This document shows, piece after piece, positions 11,470-20,958 of a DNA stretch of 64,000 bases (positions within the stretch are counted from its first letter, which is position 1; each line of letters starts with the position of its first letter). Below the pieces are notes generated by a model. The model worked only from the letters and a program-made list of their open reading frames with translations, had not been told where the DNA came from and ran no database searches. The stretch lies in assembly GCA_965197525.1 (NCBI GenBank), contig OZ240211.1, positions 96,001 to 160,000 of the forward strand. The letters are read 5' to 3'. The translations under genes and the position numbers were made by a program. The DNA comes from Nitrosopumilus sp. (GTDB lineage Archaea > Thermoproteota > Nitrososphaeria > Nitrososphaerales > Nitrosopumilaceae).

Positions 11470-11551
11470 GCCGGGATAGCCAAGCGGTAAGGCGGCCGTC
11501 TCGAAAACGGCTACGCGAAAGCGTGCAGGGGTTCGAATCCCTTTCCCGGCG
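11470..11551 (+). tRNA. tRNA-Ser(CGA)
   Basis: Acceptor GCCGGGA/TCCCGGC, anticodon stem GCCGT/ACGGC with loop CTCGAAA, long variable arm ACGCGAAAGCGT, TTCGAAT T-loop, discriminator G; CCA not encoded. Confidence 0.97.
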
Positions 11552-11977
11552 TTATTTATCTGAAATGTTTTATCTTTATTGTCTCTGTATTTTAGATCAT
11601 AAGATCATATTATCTTTATACTATTGCCATCCAATAATTAAAAAAAAAAACAAAAACTCTCAAAAATCTTTGTTAGATGATCTTATCTTCTGTCTGTATG
11701 CTTTTTTTAATATGTATACTATTCAATTATATCTCTTCTCTGTTGATATGCTAACAAAACAAACAAACAAGCTTGTTATCCAGTTTTGAAACATTAATCC
11801 AAAATAATAAAACTCTATCTGTATTTTTTCTATCATGTAAATGATTGACATTTCTGTATAAAACATTATACATTTAGTGGTAACCATATCAAAATAAAAA
11901 CCAGATTTATTACCTAATTGTATGACGTCCACTCTACCCATTTCTTGATTATAACTTTAAGTATCTGCCACTCTTGA

Positions 11978-12154
11978 TTATTTATTGAGAAATTCTCTTA
12001 TTTTTTTGAGATTTGCTACATGTGATTCATGGAACATTACCATCGATTCAGAAACAGAGTTTGGTAAAACAGTTTTGAGATTATCTACAAAATCAGTACC
12101 ATTTTCTATCATACTATCAATAAGCTTGTCAATCTCTGTCTTTTCGTCTGACAT
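11978..12154 (-). CDS. Small conserved hypothetical protein (58 aa, below the ORF-track cutoff)
   Basis: Manual translation MSDEKTEIDKLIDSMIENGTDFVDNLKTVLPNSVSESMVMFHESHVANLKKIREFLNK*; co-oriented with neighbours. Confidence 0.7.
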   Translation of the reverse strand: MSDEKTEIDKLIDSMIENGTDFVDNLKTVLPNSVSESMVMFHESHVANLKKIREFLNK

Positions 12155-12177
12155 CTACATAGAATAGCATTTCAATC

Positions 12178-12414
12178 TTAATTATCTTTTCTTATCAGCG
12201 TTGCCGTAGAACGGACATTTTTTAATCTTTGAACATTTCTTGAGACAGTATCGCGTATTGTTTCAAAATTCTCTGCTTGTAATTTTACTAACATATCATG
12301 TGTTCCTATGGTTTCAAAGACATCAACTACTTGTTCAAGTTCCTTTAACTGTTCTATGATCGATTCTTCAGCACCTAACTCGCAATTTAGCATTACATAC
12401 GCTTCAGTCATCAA
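12178..12414 (-). CDS. Lrp/AsnC ligand-binding-domain protein
   Basis: EAYVMLNCELG...VFETIGTHDMLVKL...VRSTATLI fits the RAM/AsnC domain. Confidence 0.88.
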   Translation of the reverse strand: MMTEAYVMLNCELGAEESIIEQLKELEQVVDVFETIGTHDMLVKLQAENFETIRDTVSRNVQRLKNVRSTATLIRKDN

Positions 12415-12468
12415 TGAAAGAATAATCTATCATTATTTAAAGATCAAGTCTTGGTAAACAACCTTGTT

Positions 12469-13116
12469 TTACCATCTCACATGAACTATATCTTTTAGAT
12501 GCCTCCTGGGTTTTGGGAATTTAGTTTGTTTTGGATATCCTATGCATAGTATAGATGATGGAACAAGGTTTGTCCCCACAGCATTCATCACCTTTTGTTC
12601 ATCAAGCATGCCTATCCATATTGATGCTAGTCCCAAAGCATGGGCTGCTAATTGAGAATAGGCAGCAGCTAATGTAGCGTCCTGTATTGCAAATTTTTTT
12701 AGGACATACTCTGGAAAATCAAACTTTACTCTGGAGGGATTCTTACAAAATACTAGAACAACTGGTGCATCAACATATGGTTGTCTGTTACATGCATCTA
12801 TCAGTAATTTTTTTCTGTCAGGACCTTTTATGTAGAATATCTCAAATCCTTGATAGTTTCCTGCAGTTGGCGCCGTATCAGCTGCTGCAATAATCTTGTC
12901 TATCTTTGCAGTTTCAACTGGCTTGTCTGCAAATCTTCTTGTAGACCGTCGGTTTGCCATTACGGTAAACAGGTCAGTATCAACGATCTGTGTCGGTCCT
13001 GATTTTAGTATAAAATTAAGTAGGTGATTACGTATGTCATGATCAGTTGTTTCAGTAATGTTTGGAGGTTCATATCCTAAAGGATACACTCTGTTATCTG
13101 ATTTTTTGGAATTCAT
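12469..13116 (-). CDS. Nitroreductase family protein
   Basis: RRSTRRF, APTAGNYQ, LGLASIWIG, ILCIGYP. Confidence 0.92.
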   Translation of the reverse strand: MNSKKSDNRVYPLGYEPPNITETTDHDIRNHLLNFILKSGPTQIVDTDLFTVMANRRSTRRFADKPVETAKIDKIIAAADTAPTAGNYQGFEIFYIKGPDRKKLLIDACNRQPYVDAPVVLVFCKNPSRVKFDFPEYVLKKFAIQDATLAAAYSQLAAHALGLASIWIGMLDEQKVMNAVGTNLVPSSILCIGYPKQTKFPKPRRHLKDIVHVRW

Positions 13117-13154
13117 GATTGTCTAACCAAAATATCTTATTAAAGATTGATGTT

Positions 13155-13340
13155 TTACTCTTTCTTAAATGCGTCACATCCTGACATACAAGGTTTATTC
13201 ATTACCCCTTCGCATATTCCCTGATGATCGTGCATTATTCTATGATGCCCACAAATTCTACATTTTTCTCTAAAATGTGCAATTAATTCAATAGTTGAGA
13301 TTCCTGACTCTTGAATCTCTAATTGAGTCTTTTCAGCCAT
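13155..13340 (-). CDS. Small Cys/His-rich hypothetical protein
   Basis: CRICGH...H...C...C...C pattern, 61 aa. Confidence 0.65.
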   Translation of the reverse strand: MAEKTQLEIQESGISTIELIAHFREKCRICGHHRIMHDHQGICEGVMNKPCMSGCDAFKKE

Positions 13341-13549
13341 AGCACCATCTGTTACTTTAAAGTCTACATTGTTACAATTTTAAAACTTTTGTTTAGTAAA
13401 AATAATGTTTGTCATGCATGATAAAATGGACAGAATACAGCATATTTGATATAATTTCATAAAACGTGTTATTTTAACCTGAATCTACGTTAATTTTAAG
13501 ATTTTTTTGAACTATTGCATACATTAACCTTAAAAATATATGCTATATA

Positions 13550-13570
13550 TAGACTAGTATTACTAGTCTA
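13550..13570. promoter_or_regulatory. Perfect 21-bp palindrome (putative operator) upstream of wHTH copy 1
   Basis: TAGACTAGTA-T-TACTAGTCTA, abutting a TATATATA box. Confidence 0.7.
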
Positions 13571-13623
13571 ACACTAGTATCTATATGCTACTATTTTTTT
13601 TGTTGAATGCAGTAAATACATGT

Positions 13624-13923
13624 ATGACTAAACATGACAATTTGGTAGAATTTATGCATAACATGTCTAAAAAAGGTTTTTATGATATTTTTGAATATTT
13701 GATAGATAATCAGGGATTGCACTATAATGAAATACAGCGGTATGCTTGGGAACGTAAGATTGTATGTAGTCGGGCATCAATCACCACTATGTTGAACTGG
13801 ATGGTATCATTTGGATTACTAGACAAACATATTGTAACTAGCATCAAACCCATTAGAACTATATACAATGTGAGTGATAAAGGCCAAAACGCATTAAATA
13901 AAATTAAGGATCTTGATCTTTGA
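13624..13923 (+). CDS. Winged-helix (HxlR/MarR-like) DNA-binding protein, copy 1
   Basis: SRASITTMLNWMVSFGLL recognition helix and PIRTIYNVSDKG wing motif; start at 13624 chosen by alignment with the paralogs. Confidence 0.82.
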   Translation: MTKHDNLVEFMHNMSKKGFYDIFEYLIDNQGLHYNEIQRYAWERKIVCSRASITTMLNWMVSFGLLDKHIVTSIKPIRTIYNVSDKGQNALNKIKDLDL

Positions 13924-14843
13924 TGTTGCATATACAATTCTAAGGTTCTTTTACATATACGCATTAGCAGAATGTACAACAGATGTCCTGAAACATCGAA
14001 TAGAAATGTTGATGTAACGTTGTATCTTGTTCTGCAAAAATACATGTGGGAATAATTGTTTGAGAACATGGATTATTCTTTGATACTATCCTCTGGTACA
14101 AACATTGTAAGTTAGAATTGAAAAAATCTTCGTTGAATCTTATCGTACACTAGTTCGAGTTTTTCGTTTGTCCTGGATCTTGTACATGATAATATATGAT
14201 AATGTCTATTTCAACTGATTTTTTAGTATTCAGAAATGTTTCTCTTCTTTACTTTTGACACCTTGTAGGATAGTGCGCTGCAGTCGGTTACTATGGTCTT
14301 ACTTGCCATTGTTATGCCTTGTTCTAAGATTATCATAGAATTTTGACGATTTCTTGCCCAAATATTTCATATCTGATTATAAATCGTGCAGCCTAGCACT
14401 GATAACATGAAGATTATCTTATGCAGCTAAGCAGTACTTGAGTATTTGGACAAATTATCATGAAAACTTGAGTAATGGTCTTGGATATGTCGCATAAATA
14501 ATATGAAATACCATCTTTGTCAATGACTGATCATTGTAAATATTCAATCTGTACTGGCAATTAGTGACAAAAAAAATAAATTGCTATTTGAACAAACTGG
14601 TGAATTTTGGGTTTTGTCATCCTTTACAGATGAACTATTTGTAGATGACAGTAATTTTAAAAGATCATGTGAAACAACTCATTCATATCTGCACGTTTAA
14701 AGAATAATTAATTAACAAATTTATTACAAGATTATATGATCTTAGACAAGTCGACTGTTCAAAACAACTCATAACAATTATCATTTTTAGATTTTTACAT
14801 TAACGTTGTTTCCACAGCGTACATATATTGTTTAGTTGTAAGC

Positions 14844-16085
14844 TGGAGTGGACCCCATAAAATGAGAACGTTTTTTGCATGATCATCCATACAGTCTCCC
14901 TCATTTATTCTTCATCTCCCACTGCGATGCAAACTCTACAGGCGTCATGTATCCTATGGCAGAGTGAATTCTTTCTTGGTTGCAGTCTGCAAAAGCGTCT
15001 ACCAGGATCTTTTCGGCCTCCTGATAACTAGCAAATTCATGCGGCCACAAGTATTCTTTTTTGAGAGTCTTGTGGAACGATTCCACATGACCGTTCTGCT
15101 CGGGTGTGTGCTTCCAGATGAACTCGTGTTTTATGCCAAATACCGATACTGCTTTTCTAAAATCATTACTGGTGTACTGCGTGCCGTTGTCGGTTCTAAG
15201 TCTAAGTCTGGAGCAGTCAGGATTCTCTACAGACACGGCATTTGTTATGGAGTCAATTGCCACTTGTTTTGTGGCATCTACGTCAAACGCATACGATATC
15301 CATCTACGCGTAAAGCAGTCCACCACGTTAAAGCAATAGCACCATCCGTCCATCCCACACCAGACGTACGTCATGTCCGTCTCCCATAGCCGGTTCGGTG
15401 CATCCGGTTCGAAGAGCTTGCGATTGGTGTGAATGATGTCGTTTTTTGTCTTTTGAGGCTCAATCCCGCCCAGTTTTCGGAATATTCTTTGTATCTTCTT
15501 GCGATTTGTGGCAGTGTGTGTCTCGCGGCACACTTGGGCTGCCATGCGGCGTGTGCCATAGGTGGGTCTTCTGCTGCCTATCCTCTGCACTGCCTGTACG
15601 GCTGCCGGATCCAGTCTCATCTCCCTTGCCTTGGGTTTGTGATACCACATACGTCTTGACACTCCGGCATAGCGTAGTGATTTACGCAGGCTCATCTTTT
15701 CATACAGTTCTCTGACGGCACTCAATCTCTGGCTTCCTCCCAAGTTTTTTTTTAAAACGTCGTTGGCAATGGTCAGCTCGCCTATCAGTCTCTTGTAATC
15801 ATCCTCTCTCTTTTTCATTGTCTTGATTGGATCTTTCTTTCCTGACTGGCTCAGACCTGCCTTGCCGGACTCCATGAATCTCTGTTTCCAGTTATGAAAC
15901 GTCTGTGGGCTAACATTGTGCTTGCGGCATAGTTCTGCCGTACTTGTACTGGTTTTGATTGATTCCAGTACAATCTGGATCTTTTGCTCTGGTGTAAATT
16001 TGCTTTTTACCATGATATTTGTCCTCCGATGCTGTACCTAATGTATATGGATGCAAGTGTTCTCCTTCTAGAGGGATCCCCACCA
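14844..16085 (-). mobile_element. IS3-family insertion sequence (1242 bp)
   Basis: TG...CA ends; imperfect TIRs TGGAGTGGACCCCAT-AAAATGAGAAC vs TGGTGGGGATCCCTCTAGAAGGAGAAC; 4-bp TSD AAGC at 14840-14843 and 16086-16089. Confidence 0.92.
14901..16013 (-). CDS. IS3-family transposase, OrfA-OrfB fused in frame
   Basis: HTH_Tnp_1-like N-terminus; rve DDE core WETDMTY / RTDNGTQY / GHVESFH. Confidence 0.93.
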   Translation of the reverse strand: MVKSKFTPEQKIQIVLESIKTSTSTAELCRKHNVSPQTFHNWKQRFMESGKAGLSQSGKKDPIKTMKKREDDYKRLIGELTIANDVLKKNLGGSQRLSAVRELYEKMSLRKSLRYAGVSRRMWYHKPKAREMRLDPAAVQAVQRIGSRRPTYGTRRMAAQVCRETHTATNRKKIQRIFRKLGGIEPQKTKNDIIHTNRKLFEPDAPNRLWETDMTYVWCGMDGWCYCFNVVDCFTRRWISYAFDVDATKQVAIDSITNAVSVENPDCSRLRLRTDNGTQYTSNDFRKAVSVFGIKHEFIWKHTPEQNGHVESFHKTLKKEYLWPHEFASYQEAEKILVDAFADCNQERIHSAIGYMTPVEFASQWEMKNK

Positions 16086-16485
16086 AAGCATACATAGAAA
16101 TTTGTACAAGTAAGTGTCTATCTACAATATGTAACAGTTACTAATTAACATTTAAGAGAGGATTTTTATTAAATACAGTAGATATTTTAGAACTCTATCA
16201 TATTCTTATCTTCTATCATATTTGATAATCGTGATTTTTTTATAATTCTTTTTACAAACACTAAGTTTCATAATCTAATTTGATTACATACTTGAAGTAT
16301 TTTTAATGATCTATGTAATTTTGTTAAATGTTTTGTTTTAACTTGAATGTATGATCATTTCAGAAGTATTTTTAACATAGTAAACACATTACATATAAAA
16401 ATATACGCTATATAATATTAATACGTCTAATTTGAAACTAGTAACTATATTCAGGTGTTTTTTGTATTATTTGTAGTACTTACTT

Positions 16486-16788
16486 GTGTTGACTGAGAAA
16501 GCAAAATTAGTAGAGTTTATGCACAATATGTCAAAAAAAGGATTTTGTGATGTTTTGGAATACATGTTGACACATAAGGGGTTGTACTATAGTGAAATCC
16601 AGCGATATGCACAGGCCAATAGGATTGTATCCAATTCTGCGTCAATAACTACTATGCTGAACTGGATGGTATCGTTTCAGTTACTCAAACGGCATGTTGT
16701 ATCTGATGTCAGACCAATCCGAATTAGATATACTATGACTAAAAAAGGTCGAAATGCATTTAATATAATTACGCGTATCAATTTTTGA
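16486..16788 (+). CDS. Winged-helix (HxlR/MarR-like) protein, copy 2
   Basis: LVEFMHNMSKKGF...SITTMLNWMVSF...RPIRIRYTMTKKG; paralog of 13624 and 35274. Confidence 0.82.
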   Translation: MLTEKAKLVEFMHNMSKKGFCDVLEYMLTHKGLYYSEIQRYAQANRIVSNSASITTMLNWMVSFQLLKRHVVSDVRPIRIRYTMTKKGRNAFNIITRINF

Positions 16789-17305
16789 GCTGTTTGTATT
16801 CATGTTGTGCTTTTGTTTTGTCATGGTTTTAGATGACTATGGCTATTTTTATGTCTAGAAAAACATGAGATCTACTTGGATCTTTTTGTCATTTGCTCAA
16901 CACGCGTTTTAGTTAAAATATCGCTCATACGTACTGATTTCTATATTTTTAGTCTTTTAAACTCACAATACTGTGTAAATATTATAAATTATCTTCCAAT
17001 ATGATAATTGTAAATTTTTTATCTTATTTGAATTATTTACAAATGTCATTTTATCCCTTCTTTACAAATTGTTATCATCATTATGGTAATCGCTGTTTTC
17101 ATGTTCTATAGTTATCGATGCTGTGCTGTTATAACATTGCATACTTTTTACATACTGTGTCTTTAAAATATGTGATAAAATATCTTATTAATTCATACAC
17201 ACATAATACATCTAACCTTGTTAATATTTGATTGTTAGTTATGGCAGTTTAATAGTATATAGCTCATAAAGACAAATCCCTCTTCAAAATAGTTTTCATA
17301 TATTA

Positions 17306-18061
17306 TTAAATTTTGTGTTCGCAATAATCTTTTAAATTACATGCATTGCATTTTGGTCTACTGTTGTGATGTTTTGGATTGTCAATCTCAAGTGCAATCG
17401 CTGCAAATCTCTCAAGTGTACGATGAAGATAATACAGCATTTCTTTGGTTTGTATCTCTGAATATATTTTGTATGGTTCTCTTGTCTTATTATTGCATAT
17501 TCTGATTACCCACCTTTTTTGTATATTTGGCAGATCAAATACATCTTTTGAACTATCACTACCTCTATTACCTGTATTTGCCGAATAATTTGAATTAAGA
17601 TATGTCAACACTTGCAATAATTGATTAGGATACGGCATTACCTTCTTATCATACGCTCTTGGGTTGCCTACAAATTTATCATCTTGTATTGTGAGAGTCT
17701 GATCTACTCTTGCAATCTTGTCTATTCTTCCTGATAGTGAAACTAGGACATTAGTTGTTGGAAACTCAAACGGCATTGTTAATACAGAGTGCACATTCTC
17801 TCGGGCAAATTCTATATCCGTATGACTATCTCTAATCTGTTTCTCTGTAACTGGTTCTAATCTTACATGTTCTTTTTCGTATTTTTCTTCTGTTGCGTGC
17901 GCTTTTGTTCCTAAAATTAATGACTGGGTCGGTTTTGGTAGTATGCCTGCGCTAGATAATGGGATTTTATACTCACAATACCCCATAGCATCTGTAAAAT
18001 CGGTGACTGCCGCAGTTATTATTGTGATATTCTTATCTTTTTGCTCTTTGATTTTTATCAA
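17306..18061 (-). CDS. Solo Cas4-like PD-(D/E)xK exonuclease with predicted 4Fe-4S cluster
   Basis: N-terminal YCE Cys, GTKAH, GRIDK, QDDKF, QVLTY and C-terminal CNACNLKDYC. Confidence 0.8.
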   Translation of the reverse strand: MIKIKEQKDKNITIITAAVTDFTDAMGYCEYKIPLSSAGILPKPTQSLILGTKAHATEEKYEKEHVRLEPVTEKQIRDSHTDIEFARENVHSVLTMPFEFPTTNVLVSLSGRIDKIARVDQTLTIQDDKFVGNPRAYDKKVMPYPNQLLQVLTYLNSNYSANTGNRGSDSSKDVFDLPNIQKRWVIRICNNKTREPYKIYSEIQTKEMLYYLHRTLERFAAIALEIDNPKHHNSRPKCNACNLKDYCEHKI

Positions 18062-18076
18062 TGATGTTCTTATTCT

Positions 18077-18511
18077 ATGTGGAATTTACATATATTACGA
18101 TATAGTATGTCGTACATGGAGAATAAACCATGCGTTTTTTGCTCATCACTCCTCAAAATTGTTCATCAGAATCAATTGGCTATTGCAACCCTTGATAACT
18201 ATCCAGTTACCGATTATCACACTTTGATTATTCCTAAACGACATATCTCATCTTTTTTTGAGTTAACCAAAAAAGAACAGCAGAGCTGTTTGGATTTACT
18301 TTTAGTTGCTAAAACACAACTATTGCTTGACGATCCGTTGATTACTGGGTTTAATATAGGTGTAAATGATGGCGTTGATGCCGGTCAAACCATCATGCAT
18401 TGTCACATACATTTGATTCCTAGGCGTAAAAATGACGTAAAAACACCACGCGGTGGCATACGTCATATAGTTCCGGAAAAAGGTGACTATACCAAATCCT
18501 TGTGGCTGTAA
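18077..18511 (+). CDS. HIT-family hydrolase
   Basis: PCVFC, HTLIIPKRH, AGQTIMHCHIHLIPR triad; true start probably 18107 or 18116. Confidence 0.93.
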   Translation: MWNLHILRYSMSYMENKPCVFCSSLLKIVHQNQLAIATLDNYPVTDYHTLIIPKRHISSFFELTKKEQQSCLDLLLVAKTQLLLDDPLITGFNIGVNDGVDAGQTIMHCHIHLIPRRKNDVKTPRGGIRHIVPEKGDYTKSLWL

Positions 18512-18712
18512 ATATTTCATACAATCTTTATTATAACGCAGTTCAGTCAACATACAACATTTTTTGTGTTTATCTTTATGTTTTTTTTGTTATTTGCTTG
18601 TTTTATCTCATTTTTTATAAAGTCTTTCAGATGCTGTTTTTTTATAAACTAAAATGTCTGACTATTACATCATTATCTAAACCTTTTATTACATGCATGC
18701 ACATAATATGCC

Positions 18713-19186
18713 ATGAGTACCAATAATTCCGAATTAGATTCTAAAATATTTATTGCAAGGTGGACTGACAGGTTTCTTGCATGGTTAGTTGACTTTATCA
18801 TCGTTTCATCTGTTCTTGGATTGTTGTTTTCTTTTGTGTTTGACACGGCATTTGACTCTGATCCTTTGTTTTTAGCTGTTATCTGTATTTTAGAATGTGC
18901 CATATTTTTTGGATACTGGGTAATTCTTGAATACAAGACTGGTCAGAGCATTGGCAAAAAAATCTTCAACTTGAAACTAGTAGAAATAACTGGAAAACAA
19001 CCTACTCTGAAAATGGTTCTGCTTGGTAGTTTTGGAAAAGCATTTTTACTACCTGTGGATTTTATCTTGGGTTTGCTACTCACTAATGAAAAACGCCAAC
19101 GAATCTTCAACAAGTTAGGTGACACCATAGTGATAAAACTCAAGAAATCCCAAGACAGTTCTGATGTCAAATATGTAAAAGAGTAA
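18713..19186 (+). CDS. RDD-family membrane protein
   Basis: RWTDRFLAWLVD, GQSIGKKIFNLK, QRIFNKLGDTIV. Confidence 0.9.
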   Translation: MSTNNSELDSKIFIARWTDRFLAWLVDFIIVSSVLGLLFSFVFDTAFDSDPLFLAVICILECAIFFGYWVILEYKTGQSIGKKIFNLKLVEITGKQPTLKMVLLGSFGKAFLLPVDFILGLLLTNEKRQRIFNKLGDTIVIKLKKSQDSSDVKYVKE

Positions 19187-20117
19187 TTCATCAGTACCTT
19201 GTTGTTTTAATGACGCAATATCGTTAATATCTTAGACTTGAAATCCTAAAACTTGTGATAAATTTTCGTATAAATTGTTGTTGGTACTCACATAAACTTG
19301 ATATTGTATTTTCGTTTGTTGTATTTTCAGATGGTTTAGTTCTTGACTCATTCTTTTAGCATAACACGTACAAATCAAATATCTTACCAAATTCCCAGTA
19401 TTGCTTACTGTTTGATCTTCTTTACGTATATTATATCATTGATTGAAAATATCTTATTATGATTGATTTTCTATTAATTATTTTATCGTATTAAATTTTA
19501 TGACTTTTGTTCTACTGCTCAGAGAATATGTGACATATGATCCAATATGTGGTAATATTCAGATATCCATACATCTAGCTTTGCTTGATATCATTATGTA
19601 GAATTTCGTTTTATTAGTCATTTATAAATAGAAATATTATCCTGTAATGTATCATTGCATAAATCATCCTCTACACCGTCTTTGATACTTCTTTGGGGTA
19701 ATAATGATGTTATCCATACTGATGATGCCACTCTCAAATATTATTCATTATTAAATCTGGATAATGGCAAATCGTGTGATAGTAAGCAAAAACTCCCGTG
19801 CATTAGACTATGTCCAATAGGATCTATATGTATTGGAATGGTATGTTGACAGCAAACTGTTTTAATTTAAATACAACCAATTATTCTTTTTCTTTTAATT
19901 TGTTGTCCATATCTTTCTTTTTATTCATAGTTCAATGATGATTCTTTTACATTATTTTATGAGATAATTGTATAATGATTGGTCTAAGAAAGTTTTACGT
20001 CTCAATAATTCATGTCAGAAGATTTGTGTATTTATGATGTCAATATGTTCCATAGGGGTTTTTTATATCTAAGCGAAGCTCTTTGCACGGTTGTTGTTAT
20101 TATTACCATGGTCGCTA

Positions 20118-20540
20118 TTACAGCTTTCTTAATTTTGAAACACCAGTTGTAATATGATCAATTATTGTTGGCAGTGGTGTACCTGGTCCAAATACATGAT
20201 TGACTCCTGCCTTTATCAAGTACTTGTGATCAATCTCTGGAATCACTCCTCCTCCTACTATTAAAACATCATTGATTCCTTTCTTTTCTAACGTCTTTAC
20301 TACTCTTGGAAACAATGTACCATGAGCTCCATTTAGCAAACTCATTGCAACTGCATCTACGTCCTCATCTTCTGTGATTTGTGCAATTCTATCAGGTGTG
20401 GCAAACAGCCCCGAGTAAATTACCTCCATTCCTGCATCTCTAAATGCCCTACAAAGCACCAACGCTCCTCTATCATGCCCATCAAGACCTAATTTGGCAA
20501 CTAGTATTTTGATACTTCGTGTTTCAGCCTTCTGCTTCAT
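20118..20540 (-). CDS. Methylmalonyl-CoA mutase, cobalamin-binding small subunit
   Basis: KLGLDGHDRGA (DxHxxG) and VGGGVIP motifs. Confidence 0.95.
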   Translation of the reverse strand: MKQKAETRSIKILVAKLGLDGHDRGALVLCRAFRDAGMEVIYSGLFATPDRIAQITEDEDVDAVAMSLLNGAHGTLFPRVVKTLEKKGINDVLIVGGGVIPEIDHKYLIKAGVNHVFGPGTPLPTIIDHITTGVSKLRKL

Positions 20541-20958
20541 GATATAATCTGTTCTAAGATATTTTAAAATGTTTCATATCATGGCTAGCATGTATTCTGT
20601 TTGAATCTGTGTTATTCCCCTTTGGGCAATCCATTTGAAAGACGGAATCTAGGTAAACTATTTTTTATATAATACATAAGAATATTGACACTATCTTTGA
20701 TATGGCTAAACTGATCTGACTTCATATGGTTAACTCGATTCCATCAAAGTATCTAGTCTCAAGTTTGTTCTTGAGAACTTATGAGTAATCTCAAAATATA
20801 CGAAAAAAAACTACAGTCACAAAGTCAAAAATAATAAAAATATTCCATACAACGCATCATCAAGACGACATTCTCATATGTTTGATATTTTCATTATACC
20901 ATGCCTGAAATTCATGCGCAGACGTGTAGCACTGCAATGTTCACTGAACTAACTATGT

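Noticed and set aside
11470-11551. tRNA-Ser as attL/attR of an integrated element
   Set aside because: No duplicate of the tRNA 3' end and no integrase found in the window.
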